Assembly (NCBI GenBank): GCA_951406725.2
Contig: OX597815.1
Coordinates: forward strand, 43,834,001 to 43,898,000
From: Octopus vulgaris
Taxonomy: Eukaryota
Reading direction: 5' to 3'
DNA: 64,000 bases
This document shows positions 11,702 to 25,234 of this stretch, piece after piece (within the stretch, counting starts at the first letter, position 1; every line of letters begins with the position of its first letter). The notes beneath the pieces are model-generated. The model saw nothing but the letters and a program-made list of their open reading frames with translations, was not told the DNA's origin and did no database searches. The translations under genes were made by a program, and so were the position numbers.

Positions 11702-14700
11702 TTATTTCACAGAATGAACTCACTCAAGCAATAAATAAAATAATACGTATATACAAGGACACTTCGTGACAAAATGAAAAGGTCGCATCGTGAAAAATTT
11801 TCAAGTACAAACAAGACTATAATTTATATATGTATATATATATATATAATATTAATATCTTGGTTGAGAAACCAGACTGTTCTTTCCACTCTATGGTGCT
11901 TTTATGGCAGCACAAAAGTTACTGATGATGACATTAAAATACATATATAATTTTAAAGGCTGCGAAGAGACTGAAATAAGAATGCTGGAAGAAGAAGCAA
12001 AATTTATTCAACTCAACTCCTATAGCTGGAAAAAACATTCACCCCCACCCCCCTCTTGGGAGAAGTGTGATTCCTTTGCAGAGAAATGCTTGAGAAAAAG
12101 CTATTTAGAATAATTGAGTGAAATCATCTATTATCTCTCAGTTTAAAAAACCCTTTTTGGCATTGAAATTATTCTGTCAAATATATAATACTTCAATAAT
12201 ATTCATTGTTTTGAATTAATCATGTATATTATATCTCGTAAGGTTTCAATGATGTTCGTTTATTTTAAAGAATGACATTGTAGGATTGGTGTAAATGGCC
12301 AAACCTGGCTAATTTGAATGAACACACGGAAGAATAATTTGAGCCAGATATGTCTGATTCAAATGTTAAAAAGGGTTAAGGAATCGTAAGGCACTTGCAT
12401 CATTTCCCCTCACATCCAGTCTTTTGTGGTTTTTATAAAGATCTCTCTCTACATTGATTTATTAATTTAAAATATTGAACTGGAGGTTTAGGTTCAAAGA
12501 ATATATTATTATTAGATATAGGAGAGTATGAGAGTTTGTGTGAGTGTATATGTATATGAGTGTGAAATTTTCATTCAACTGTTGCATTCCTTTTTTTTTT
12601 TTTATGAAATGACAAAAATCAATCACATCATTAAATTTATATTTTTATATTTAAATATCATTCTTATATAAAAAACAATAATTGAAAAAAAAAAAGTTAA
12701 GGTAGAAAGAACAATTCAATCTTAATGTGATAATATTTTGCTGTTGCAGAAATCACTTCAGGGAATCAATGTATGTTTTTTTATACCAATATATAATAAT
12801 GATAAATAATTAAAATTTAATCAGTTTCTTATGAAGAAGAAAATCTGCAAACATCAAAAGTAGTGTTTAAAAGAAGCTTATGTGTTGTGTAGTAATTCTG
12901 ATTAAAAAACAAAGAAATTAAGTTAGCTAAGTTAGCTTAACGGTCCAGCATTGAACAATATAAAAATATTTTTCCACTGCTCGATGTACGATTTGCTGGG
13001 ACCAAGAAGGAAAAACATTAATTTTGTATCATTATTTTTAATTAACTTTTTCAACTTAAACCCCCCCCCCCCCCCATACATGGTAATTAAATCTTGCTGC
13101 TAAAAGAATCTCCATTTGAAAATTGGAAGAAAATCTTGAATAGATTTTTTTCCTCACCTCTTGAAAAATTTTTGTCTTTAGCTAGTTTTTTTTTTGTTTT
13201 TTTTTTTTCCAATATTGTAGCATTTGTGTATGTGTGTGTCTGTGTAACACAGTAGGCAGCATATCTAGTTTGACTGCAACAGGATGTGAGTGTGAATGGG
13301 AAACTGTATCATTCAAAATATTAGTTTTAAGTGTGAATAGAAAAAAGCGAAGTATTATAAAGCATTTAAGAAGCTGCTTGCTGCAGAATTTACATTGCTT
13401 CTAATGAATGTGGTACACAAAAATGAATCATGATTATTAGAATTGTATTATTTATTTTTCACAGATTCTTTTCAAAATTCTCTTTCATAAATGATTATCA
13501 TTTTCAAAGGTACATATAATTATTATTATTTATATATTTAAAAACAGAAAAATTAACATTAAAAATGAGTTAGAAATAGACAAAAAAAAATATATTTTTC
13601 AATGAATCTAATTAATATTATATTTATAGATTGAGTATTCTTAAAAATTCTGTGATAAGGCTTAAGTGATCTCGAGAATCTTATTATGATTGATCCCATT
13701 AAATTTAAACAGTTGGATCAGTGCGATGTTTGAAAAGGAAAATTGTGTTTGCATATTATACATATATATTATATACATGTGTATGTAAAATATATATATA
13801 TATATAGAGTGTGTGTGGTTATGTACATATTATTACTGCTGCCAATATGTTTTTTTGCTCCATTTCATTATTTATTCAATATGCTCATAGAAAAAAATTT
13901 TTTTGGTTAGATAAATATAAAATGAATGGATTCTTTTTGCTTTTCCAAATGTGCATAGAATATATGTACTGTGCAAAATTTCTATCATACAGAGAAAAGA
14001 AAAACTTCATAATTTAAATTCTCTTTGTAATAATAATAATAATAATGATGATAGCTTTGACTTAATAAGTGAACAAGATATGTAAAGAAGATAATGACTC
14101 ATTTTTCATTAACTATACATATAATTAATATACAACAAATTTTGATGCAATTAAACAGGTTTTTTTCCAGCAGTGTAAGTTAGTTTTTAGATTTAACAAC
14201 TTTTTTTTTTTTTTTTACAAGTAGCATCATCTTGGCAGCAGTATTTTTTACATCGTTAGCTTTTTAGTAATGGGGGTAAATTATTAAAATAGTTTTAAAT
14301 ATTTTGACAAATGCAATTTTTTTATTATATAATAATAAATGCTGCTGTTTATTTTTGTTCTTTGAGCCTTACATGTTCAATTTGACTTAATGTGTGAACT
14401 CGTGAAGATTTGATCTCCATCTTAAGAAAATCTTATGAGCTTTACAAAAAATATGAAAATATATTTTTCTTTGTTGAATTATTTTATTTATGCATGTGAA
14501 AAATAATGAACATATTGTACATAATTTATATTTTCAATTTCTCATTTAATGGATAGAAAAAAACTAAAAGAAAACTCAACAACAGTAAAAATACATACAC
14601 TTACTTAACAATCACATCAGAATCAGAATGTTGAAGCCCAATTCACATTTATTGACAAATATTTTTCCATTTTCTTTCCTTATCTTTTTCCTTCTATTTA

Positions 14701-15065
14701 CCTACAAAAAATCTTTTCTTGACTTCTTTCTTTCTTCAAGATATTTTCATTCATATTTTAACATGCTTACACAAAAAAATCATCTCTGCATGTGCACACA
14801 CACACCCACACCCACGCACACACACATGAACGAACACGCATATAAACAACACACTAAGCATAATTCAGATGGTACCTCATCCATCTCATTGAGTGTGTAC
14901 GAAAAAATGTCCATAAAATTATTAAATTGAAAAATCTATTTATTTATTTAAAAACATATTGTTAAAGTTTTTTTATGTGTAAATTATATTAAAAAAGTAA
15001 TTATGAAGAAAATTTGGAAAAGAAACACATTGAATGAAAATGTAATAAATATTATTATATTGTTT
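11702..15065 (+). other. Probable non-coding last exon / long AU-rich 3' UTR of the CKI gene
   Basis: Follows a strong acceptor. It is AU-rich and nearly SINE-free for ~3.3 kb, and ends at AATAAA 15044-15049 followed by a GU/U-rich tract. Proximal AATAAA hexamers also exist. Confidence 0.5.
12151..12375. mobile_element. piggyBac-like MITE within the putative 3' UTR
   Basis: Termini ccctttttggcatt / aatgttaaaaaggg; TTAA on the right flank. Confidence 0.6.
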
Positions 15066-15090
15066 AATTTGTTTGTTCTTGTTTGTCTTT
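15044..15090 (+). terminator. Candidate polyadenylation signal with downstream GU-rich element
   Basis: AATAAA followed by ttgtttaatttgtttgttcttgtttgtc; TE density rises immediately afterwards. Confidence 0.5.
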
Positions 15091-15107
15091 AACATCAATT
15101 TTTATAA

Positions 15108-15348
15108 CCCCTTTTCACTGTGGTTATTTTTTCATTACTGATGTTTATATACCAAGAAGTAAAATTGGTATTTTCTGTGAATCAAGTTGCCTCGATAAAC
15201 TTGACTTGACTTTTATAGTAATCTAATCTCAAACAAAAAAATAGTTTCAAGCATAATAACAAGTTTGGTATATAAAAAAACTGCGTTATGAAGTTTGGAG
15301 GTAATTGAAATTTTGAATGGATATTATCTGATATGCACAGTAGAAGGG
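15108..15348. mobile_element. piggyBac-like MITE
   Basis: Termini ccccttttcactgtg / cacagtagaaggg followed by TTAA. Confidence 0.5.
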
Positions 15349-15459
15349 TTAAAATGGCTTTTTATTGATTAGTTTGCTGAGTGTGAGGCAGCTTGCTTTT
15401 CTCATCTGACTCCTTACACAAGAATGTTGATTTATGCCTAGAACTTTTCTCCAATAAAT

Positions 15460-15960
15460 GAAATGGTGGTGGATTAATTCTCATAAAAATATTGAGTGCA
15501 AAGCACTTCTTCCACAGAGTGTGGTTGATATAATAAGAAAGGCAAGATTATTATTGATTCATCATTGTTGTTTGACTTGCAAAATCCTCTGGGATTTCCC
15601 AATCCAAACAGATCAGGTGATGGAGCATAAAACAGAGTGGACGGACCTAGTGGTGGCCAACAAGATGCACCACATGTGCTAATATATATAGTTGACGTGT
15701 ACCTCTTTGATCCACGAACAGTCAAGAAGGAAGGCGATAAAACACAAGTACAACCCTCTTAAGTACGAAATAGTCCGGCTATGAGAAAATGAAGGTGAAG
15801 ATAGTGCAAGTTTATTGTTGGGTCCTTGAAGACAGTATCAAGGCATCAAGAGGAATATATAAAGGAAATTGGAATAGAGTGCCCAGTAAGAACAGTTACA
15901 GTTTGCTTCCTTGGCACGGCCTAAATAATCAAGGAAGTAATTAATTAGATACTTGAAAAA
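15460..15960 (+). mobile_element. Decayed 3' end of an RLE-type (R4/Dong/NeSL-like) non-LTR retrotransposon
   Basis: Frameshifted translation KILWDFPIQTD..DLVV..IVDV..KYNPLKYEI..IVGSL..LGTA resembles a restriction-like endonuclease domain. Confidence 0.7.
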
Positions 15961-16757
15961 ACAGATAGCATGGTTACTGTAGGCTGCCTCTTGCCATATC
16001 ATGCCCTCAGTACATCGTGGATATATCTGTAAATTTATATATTGCAGATTCAGTATATCCATGGGTTTCTGAGCTTCTTTCCTTTGCTTCTCTGCTCATT
16101 TTGTTGTCACCTTTCCTTTCCTTTCATGATAAATACCTGGTTGATCCTTGCTAGTCGGTCAGTAGTTAATGTTTGTTCACAGGAAGAATCTTTCTATATA
16201 AGCAAGCCACGCAAAAAGCTTAAATAAATTCCATAAACAAAAAAGTGGAAACTATTAATAGGCTCCAGAGCTGAGGACCTTCATTTGAGATTTTTATCCC
16301 TCACTGCAAGTGGGGAGAGATGATAACTGGCAATTTCTAGAGCTCAACCAGCCGTCCAAGAATTTGTACGTGGAGATCTCCATTTCCAGCGACTTCGAGG
16401 GCCACCTCTCAGTGGTGTCAGGCGTCAATGAAGAGCCCTCGACTACAACAAGATGACCAAAGTTTTTTTTTTTTTTCCAAGGTCTGGGCCTCCCGCCCCT
16501 AAGCCCTAGACCATCACCTATCACCCTTACCCGTCTTGTTGCTTAACAACAACAAGAAATTCAACCAAGAAATGAATTGAAGTCAAGATGGAAGAAATAG
16601 TTGCAGTAAAACAGCTTAATACGTGATGGAGCCACTGCTGCTGCTAATCTTTCTGAATGGCACACCAAACAAAAAAAAAACACTACTTTGAAATTTTTTT
16701 TTTGCAATGCAGCCCACCTGTTGATGAGCCATGTCTCATGCAGACTGCTTCTCAAGA

Positions 16758-17132
16758 ATTATTGCCCATGCCAGCTTGCTCTTCTATATCAATTTTTATA
16801 AATTTACATTGAAGGATATTGAAATAGAAGTAATTTTAATAAAATTCTTTTTTTTTTTTTTTTTTTTTGTGCAAAAGGGCTGAGATATATATAAAATGTC
16901 AACCATACAAAAATTAAATGTGGGGGTGCTAATTAAATTGCCAGTCTTGCCAAACAAATAACAAAATCCTTAAATTCAAAAAGTATACAAAATACTTTGC
17001 ATCAATTATTACCCATGCCTGCTTTGCTCTATGACAATTTAAAAAAATTTACATTGAAGGATGAAATAAAAACAATATTTGGTAAATTTTTTACTAAAAT
17101 CCTTTTTTTGTGCAAAAAGGCTTGAGAGATAT
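16758..17132. repeat. Diverged ~130-bp direct repeat pair
   Basis: aattatt.cccatgcc..aaatttacattgaaggat..tttgtgcaaaa.gg at 16758-16890 and 17003-17132. Confidence 0.75.
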
Positions 17133-17929
17133 GGCCGATTTCAGAAACATAATTTTATTCTGGAAAAATTAACAATAGTCAAAGTATGAGCAGTATCTAT
17201 GCAACTCAGCCATCAATCAACAAGATTATTTATGCTTTGTTGATAAAAAACTTATCGGCTTTGATGCTAAGAAATCTTTGAAAGTTGATTCCACCTCTGG
17301 TTTGGATCTGATGTGGTAAAAGTCTCATATCCCTAGTCTGTGAGTTTCTGCAGTGTCATTCTTGTGACATGTGGCTTTGCATTATTATCATGGAGCAGAA
17401 TTGGGCCATGCCAATTCACCATTTTTTTTGCAAGTGAGCATGCTTTTCAGTGATTTAATTGCAGTAAACCTCTGCTGTAATGCTCTGATTGGCTTCCAGA
17501 AAGCTGTAATAGACAATACCAATTGCAGACCACCAGACGGTCACTGTAATTTATTTTAGCTGGATGCAATTTTGGCTTTGGGAAAATGTTTGAGGGACTC
17601 CTCATGACCAAGCCATTGACCTTGATCATTTACGGTTATCTTAATCACTTAAGAGAGCAGCCAATTATTTTCAGAACAACCTAATATATTTAGAACCTGG
17701 AATGTAGAGAATTTCAGTGCTGAAGAAAAACAGCATTTCAAGCTGAAAATTAAGCTAGAGCATTGAAATGGCCTTAAAAAAGTAACGACGAATCACTCCT
17801 ACTACATAATAATAATAAATACTACAAAATATAAATCTTGTACCCTGAAGTGACTATTTAGGAAGTATAAATAAAATGATTTTTATCATAGAAAATAACT
17901 AGAATGATTCATATTGCTGTTCATTAAGA

Positions 17930-18990
17930 AGGCATTGAGCTGGCAAAATCATTAGCACACTGGGCAAAAAAATGCTTAGCAGCTTTCCATCCATCTTTAT
18001 GTTCAGAGTTCAAATACTACCAAGATCATCTTTGTCTTGATCATCTCAAGGGTCAATAAAATAAGTATCAGCTGAGCACTGGGGTTGACATAATAAACTT
18101 GCCCTCTCCCTTGAAATGGCTGACCTTGTGCCAAAATTTGAAACCAAATATTTAATGTTATTAAGGTGGTGAACTGGTAAAATCAATAAGCTTATCAGAC
18201 AAAAAAACCCTGCTGCCTAACAGGTCCTGTTTAACACATGCTCTAATTTTAAATTCTGCCAAGTTCAGTTTTGTACTTCATCCTTTCATGGTCAATTCGG
18301 GGTTGATTAAAATAAAAGTACCAGTCAAGTCCTGGAGACAAAATAATTATTAAGTGGCTCCTTCCCCTCGGAATTATTAACCTTGTGCCAAAATCAAAGA
18401 ATTATTATTAATGTCGCTAAGATGGTGGGTGAGCTGGCAGAATCATTACCATATCATGGACACTGAGGTTAATGTAAATTGATTTCCCCATTCCTTTAAA
18501 ATTGCTGGCCTTGTGTCAAATTCTGAAACCATTATTATTATTATTGTTGTTGTTGCTGCTGCTAAGGTGGTGAGCTGGCAGAATCGTCATGCAAAAAAAT
18601 TCATCTTTACATTCCGAGTTCTAATTCCAACAAAGTCAACTTTGCCTTCCATCCTTGTGGGGTTAATAAAATAAGTACCAGTTTGAACACCAGGGTTTAT
18701 ATAACTGACTTACTCCTTCCCCAAAAATTTCTGGCCTTGTACCAAAATTTGAAACCATTATTGCTGCTGAACTAAGGTCAATTGATAGAATTTTCAGAAG
18801 ACTAGGGAAGAATGTCTCACAAGTATTTCTTCTGACTCTTTTACATTTGAGTTCAAATCCAGTCAAGCTGATTTTTGCTTTTCATCCTTTCGATGTTGAT
18901 ATAAAATGAAGTACACGCCAGATCTGTATTTGGTTTGGTGTAATCATTTAAATCCTTCCCTCAAATTTACCAACCTTGAGCTAATTAAAT
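17930..18990 (+). mobile_element. Head-to-tail array of ~5 diverged family B SINEs
   Basis: Repeated (ggtggt)gagctggcagaatc..gagttcaaat..tttcatccttt..aaataagtaccag..ggccttgtgccaaaatttgaaacc units. Confidence 0.8.
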
Positions 18991-19397
18991 TAGCAGTAAC
19001 TATTACTACTACTTTCAAGTTATAAGGACTAACTCAGAGCAACACTGAAAGCCACTGGAATTGAGCCTAAATTGTTTGTAATATAAGCCCAAGTCTGTAC
19101 CAAGTGGCTATATTCCATCATCATCAGAACCAAAAACTTCAAAACCACCAGTTGAGAAAGGAAAGAAATCAAAGATAGGAGTGAAAGGCTTAACAAAATC
19201 AATCTAGTCCTCTACCAAACAATTACCATGCAGTCATCAATGCTATTACCATAAAGGAAGCCTTTAGCAATGAAGAAACTAAGTTCTCTGATATGAGATA
19301 AAGCTGACAACAAATTATTAGTACTGTTGCTGCTACTAGAATAGAAGTTAACAAGAGAAAGAATTGGGTGAAACTTGGCCAACAAAGTATCTTGTGA

Positions 19398-19560
19398 TCA
19401 TCATCATCATCATCGTCGTTTAACGTCCGTTCTCCATGCTAGCATGGGTTGGACGGTTTGACCGGGGATCTGGGAAGCCAGAAGGCTGCCCCAGGCTCTG
19501 GTCTTATCTGGCAATGTTTCTACAGCTGGATGCCCTTCCTAACGCCAGGATGCCCTTCCT
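19398..19560 (-). mobile_element. 3' fragment of another SINE family with a (GAT)n tail
   Basis: Reverse strand reads tggcgttaggaagggcatccagctgtagaaac...catggagaacggacgttaaacgacgatgatgatg. Confidence 0.6.
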
Positions 19561-19574
19561 ATTATTTAAATACC

Positions 19575-19866
19575 TTTGTGCCCTTTTCAAGCCTAGCCAG
19601 GCTCATGGGCCTGGTTTCCCGGTTTCTGTAACGTATGTGTTCCCCTCAGCTGGACGGGACACCAGTCCATCACAGCGTTACTCAAAAAACAGGAAGAGAG
19701 AGTGAGAGAAAGTTGGGGCGAAAGAGTACAACAGGGGTCGCCACTACGCCCTGCCAGAGCCTCGTGGAGCTTTTAGGTGTTTTTGCTCAATAAACACACA
19801 AAATCGAAACAGCAATCCTTCGACTGTGAGTCCACTGCCCTAACCACTGGGCCATTGCACCTCCAC
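19575..19866 (-). mobile_element. tRNA-derived SINE family C (Meta/V-domain-like tail variant)
   Basis: Reverse strand starts gtggaggtgcaatggcccagtggttagggcagtggactc; the tail includes gatggactggtgtcccgtcc and gaaaccgggaaacc. Confidence 0.8.
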
Positions 19867-20300
19867 ATGTTATATCAAGCTGAAGTTAAACTGGCAATCC
19901 CCTCTCTTTCAGAGATTGATAACAAAACAACCCCAAGCAAAAATTGGGGAACCTATTTTGGTGGGCCAGTTTAAAAATTAGATCTCAATGAAGTGCGTGG
20001 CTTTGTGCTTCTATATAAGGTATTGTCATGACTGATTTATTATTATTACTGCTACTGTTACTTACAAGTTTGCTTTTTTTAGTTTATTAGTGGAAAACAT
20101 TATTCTTGTACTCTCACATGAAACATATTCACATATTAAAAAAAGCAAGTACAATCATTTGCGAATATTGACACACATTAACAACCATATAATAAAATAT
20201 TAATAATATAATTAGTTAGCACTAATCGACCGGATATTAAAAAAAAATTATGGAAAATGTGTACAAATAAATCTCTTTAAATGTGCACTCAGAACCTTGT

Positions 20301-20347
<47 letters not shown>

Positions 20348-20424
20348 ATGTGTGAGTATGTGTGTGTGTTACAGCACTTAGAAACAATATTATATATTCA
20401 TTATATATATATATGCATAATATT

Positions 20425-20463
<39 letters not shown>

Positions 20464-20482
20464 TTGAACAATATATTTATAC

Positions 20483-20586
<104 letters not shown>

Positions 20587-20677
20587 TAAACATTAACATA
20601 TATGTATACATAATATAGCTATCTATCTATCTATCTATCTATCTACCTATCTATCTATCTATTTATCTATCTATATA

Positions 20678-20843
20678 CATGACAAGCTTCTTTCAGTTTC
20701 CATCTACCAAATCCTCTCACAAGGCTTTGGTAGGCCTGAGGCTATAGTAGAAGACACCTGCTCAAAGTGCCATACAGTGGGACTGAACCCGGAACCATGT
20801 GGTTGGTAAGCAAGCTACTCACCACACAGCCAGTCCTGCACCT
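20678..20843 (-). mobile_element. SINE family A head fragment
   Basis: tRNA-like A/B boxes (tggctgtgtggt / gggttcagtccc) on the minus strand. Confidence 0.85.
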
Positions 20844-20884
20844 CATATATATTATATCCATACATACATACATACATACATACA

Positions 20885-20932
<48 letters not shown>

Positions 20933-21088
20933 CTTATATACACACACACACACATATATATATGTATATATATATGTATATATATGTATGTATATGTATA
21001 TATGTATATTATATCTATATATGTGTGTATATGTATGTATGTATATATATACATATATATGCATATAAATATGTGTGATATATACATC

Positions 21089-21122
<34 letters not shown>

Positions 21123-21133
21123 ATATATGTATG

Positions 21134-21164
<31 letters not shown>

Positions 21165-21317
21165 GTATATATATATATAGGTATATATATGTATGTATAG
21201 TATATGTATATATATGTATAGTATAAACCATATATGTATAAATTATCCATAGACGTCGTATGTATAGTTGTGTGTGTATGGATGTGTGGGTATGTGCGTG
21301 GGTGCATGTGTGTGTGC

Positions 21318-21357
<40 letters not shown>

Positions 21358-22196
21358 GTATGTGTGTGTGTGTGAGTGCTGCCTTGTGTTTGTGCCTACC
21401 CCACTGCTCGACAGTCGGAACTGATTTTGTTTAACTACTCTTAACGTAGTGACTCGGTAACAGATAAACCGAAAAAATTAATAGCAGACTTAGAAAATAA
21501 GTATTGAGGTCGATCAGTTCGACTAATTCCTCGAAGGTGGTGTCCTAGCATGGCTGCAGACCAAGGACTATAAAAGATAATGTGGCGAAACTGCAGGCCA
21601 CACATGAAATCCATACTTTCAGGAACTGAAAACATGTAGGGATAAAGAAACGGTATAACTCGAAGCGACGAGTTCTTGCTTATGATTTTAGACCTGTACC
21701 CGTTATAGCCCAAGAAATTCTGATTATTGTTAGCACTTCAGGATAGTTATTTATTTTCTGATTTATCAACAGAAACATGAATGAAGAAATTATCATGGTG
21801 GTGGAAGAGATTTCATATCTGGAGCAGTTTCCATAAAAATTAACCATGTTTGAGCAGGATTCCTCAAGATGCAATCTCACAAGTTGTTAATAAATATTTG
21901 CCCTCGTGATCTCTTATTGCTTAATAGATCATTGCTTAAGAGTACTACTAGAAATTGAGGTTAGCTCAGTCGATAGGGTAAAATCTGTTGATATGAATGG
22001 AATTCTGGGTATGACTGCATTTTTCCTTCAGTATAATCAATGAGAGTACAGATCCTAATATGTGTCCTAAATTTCTTAACAGTTAGTTTCGTGTGCTACT
22101 GCATGGTCGCAAGCAACGCAACAACATTATTGGAGATGAATGACAATAAACCTCAAGCTTTCATAGAGCTTTAAAATTATACGCAGTAGTAAACAT

Positions 22197-22586
22197 TACT
22201 CTTTTACTTGTTTCAGCCATTTGACTGCGGCCATGCTGGAGTACAGCCTTTTTAGTCGAGTAAATCGACCTCTGGACATATTCTTTTTAAGCCTGGTACT
22301 TATTCTCTTTTGCCGAACCGCTAAGTTACGGGGACGTAAACACACCATCATCGGTTGTCAAGTGATGCTGGGGGTGGGACAAACAAAGACGCACAAATAC
22401 ACACACACGCACATATATATATATGACGGGCTTCTTTCAGTTTCCGTCTACGATATCAACTCACAAAACTTTGGTCGGCCCGAGGCTATAATAGAAGACA
22501 CTTGCCCAAGGTGCCACGCCGTGGGACTGAACCCGGAACCATGTGGTTGGTAAGCAAGCTACTTACCACACAGCCACTCCTGTGCC
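22197..22586 (-). mobile_element. Full-length SINE family A (tRNA head, CORE-like ccttgggcaagt, internal microsatellite, aaaagagt tail)
   Basis: Matches the many other copies in this window. Confidence 0.9.
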
Positions 22587-22769
22587 TATCTTCACAGTGC
22601 CCATTGATTTGCAGGTATAGTTATTTCCATTATTCTTTTACTCCTTTCCTTGTTTCAGTCATTTGACTGCGGCCATCTGGAGCACCGCTTTTAATCGAAC
22701 AAATTGACCCAAGGATTTATTCTCGAATATAAATTTTCAACTTATATGTGTATATAAAGTAAATACACG

Positions 22770-23437
22770 TAGTTCAAAAACTCGTTTTGTGTGGCTTATT
22801 TCGTAACCAAAAAACAGGTACAGATTATAAACAATGAAAGGCCGATTTTGGTGATTCATTTGACAGAAGTAGCAGAGAATCAATCCGATGATAAATCTGA
22901 CCTTGGTTCTTGAAAGTTTGCATGAAACCTGGCTCAGTTAAATCTCTTGTGGCTCCAAATGATGTCACTTTTGGAAGTTCTTGGAACTTTGGTCAGTTGA
23001 TGACAACACTTTCTTCAATGGCTCTGGAGGTTGTGGGGTGCAGGGAGTTTAACCTTTCCACCACTGTAGCACAGTGCTGGTGTCTCTGCAGGCCACTTCC
23101 TTGCTTTATAATGTATGCACTTAGATGACATTGCACCAATGGAAACTCTAGTGTCATCTGCATTAGGAACTACTGGATCATAATTGAAAGTTGCTTCATA
23201 GAAGTTGCATCTCTGAGCTGTTGCAACTGCTCTTCGTACTGTAGTGGAAATCCTATTCCTTCTCAGCCGAGCATACCTCAGTTCATCACTTTGAGATGCT
23301 CTGGCTTTTGTAGTGCACAGTCTGTTCGTTTCTTGGTGTGCTTCCCTTTCTGCAGCTGTCTCTCTCTCCCTGGACAGAGACATTCTTTTGGCTGACCTTG
23401 ACATTGTAGACAAATTTGACACTTTCCATCTAGGCAT
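22770..23437 (-). mobile_element. Helitron Rep/helicase N-terminal pseudo-ORF
   Basis: MPR start, R/E-rich region, zinc-finger-like KCIHYKARKWPAETPALCYSGGKVKLP, then frameshifted TSFGA..GFMQTFK.QGQIYHRI, typical of Helitron RepHel. Confidence 0.8.
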
Positions 23438-24106
23438 GGTTATATACGTATAGAGAAATACACGGGTGCAGCAGATAGTAAAGAATGAAAATAACTGGAT
23501 AACGGAAAATACATTTCTTAATGCGACGGGCAGAAAGTAAATAAGAAATTTTTACGGAAAATAAAGAACTGCACGGGTTGAAGCGAAATGTCATTGAACC
23601 AAAGAGCCAGTATCGAAGGAACCAGATAGAGAGATATAGAGAGATAGAGATAGAGAGAGAGAGAGATGGATAGAGAGATATAGATAGAGATATATAGACG
23701 TCACTGACGCAGAGAATACCGCAGAGTAAACATTTTAGAAACTTTCAAAGACGTGAATCTAATATAAAAAGTAGTATTTTTTTTAATTTTTTCATGACCA
23801 ATGGATTAAGGGAGACAATCAATTTCTGAAAGTTACTTCGCAAAGAGTTACATCTATTCTCCACGTAACCCAGCAACGGGTGTTTTCTGCCTCCAGGGGG
23901 GTGCGTTACTCATGTGAAAACTTTCAAGAGGCTAAAGCAACCACTGGAACATAAGTAATGTATGTTCCCAGTTTGGAGAAAATCAGTTGAAAAATACGGC
24001 CGTTATAATCTTTTACACGCACGGACAGAACGGAATTTATATTATAGATATATACAAAGAGAGAGAGAGAGAGAGATGCACGCATACGACGGGTTTCATT
24101 CAATTT

Positions 24107-24515
24107 CTTATTTCTTTACTGCCCACAAGGGGCTACACACATAAGGGACAGACAAGGACAGACAAAGGGATTAAGTCGATTAGATGGACCCCAATGCGTA
24201 ACTGGTACTTATTTAATTGACCCCGAAAGGATGAAAGGCAAAGTCGACCTCGGCGGAATTTGAACTCAGAACATAGCGGCAGAAGAAATACCTATTTCTT
24301 TATTACCCACAAGGGGCTAAACATAGAGGGGACAGACAAAGGGATTAAGTCGATTAGATCTACCCCAGTGCGTAACTGGTACTTAATTTATCGACCCCGA
24401 AAGGATGAAAGGCAAAGTCGACCTCGGTGGAATTTGAACTCAGAACGTAAGTGGCAGACGAAATACCGCTAAGCATTTCGCCCGGCGTGCTAACGTTTCT
24501 GCCAGCTCGTCGCCT
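24107..24515 (-). mobile_element. Family B SINEs (two tandem copies)
   Basis: gaccccgaaaggatgaaaggcaaagtcgacctcggcggaatttgaactc occurs twice. Confidence 0.9.
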
Positions 24516-25203
24516 TCGTTCAATTTCTGTCTACCAAATTCACTCACAAGATTTCGCTTGGTCGGCTCGAGACTATAATAGAAGACACTTGCCCAAGCTG
24601 CCACGCAGTGAGACTGAACCCAAACCAAAGGGTTGGGTAGCAAACTTCTTTACCACACAGCCGCGTATGTAACTGGGAGGAAGAAAATGCGATAAATGTT
24701 TACAGGTGTTGGACCGTTCACCCTAATGAGAATGCATATGGATTACCTTGTATATACAAGCATCGTGTACATAGGTCATTACCTACGCTCCTGAAATTGT
24801 TTTGGTCATGGAGTCATACTTCGAGTGGGTTTATTTACTGTGTGTGTATATACATATGGTATGTGCATGTGCTTGTGTGTGTGTTCTTACATACATGCAT
24901 ACCATACATACATACATACATACATACATACATACATACATACATACATGCACGCATACATACATACATACATACATACATACATACATACATACATGCA
25001 TGCATACATACATACGTACATACATGTTTTTTATGTTTGTACGTGTGAGTGTGTTTGTATGTATGTAAATATATGCGTGTGTGTGTCTGTGTATGCATAT
25101 GTATGTGTGTGTATATATATGCATGTATCTCAGTATATATATATATGTATGTATGTGTATGTGTAAATGTGTTCACACACATATACTCATTAACAGTAAC
25201 ATA

Positions 25204-25234
<31 letters not shown>

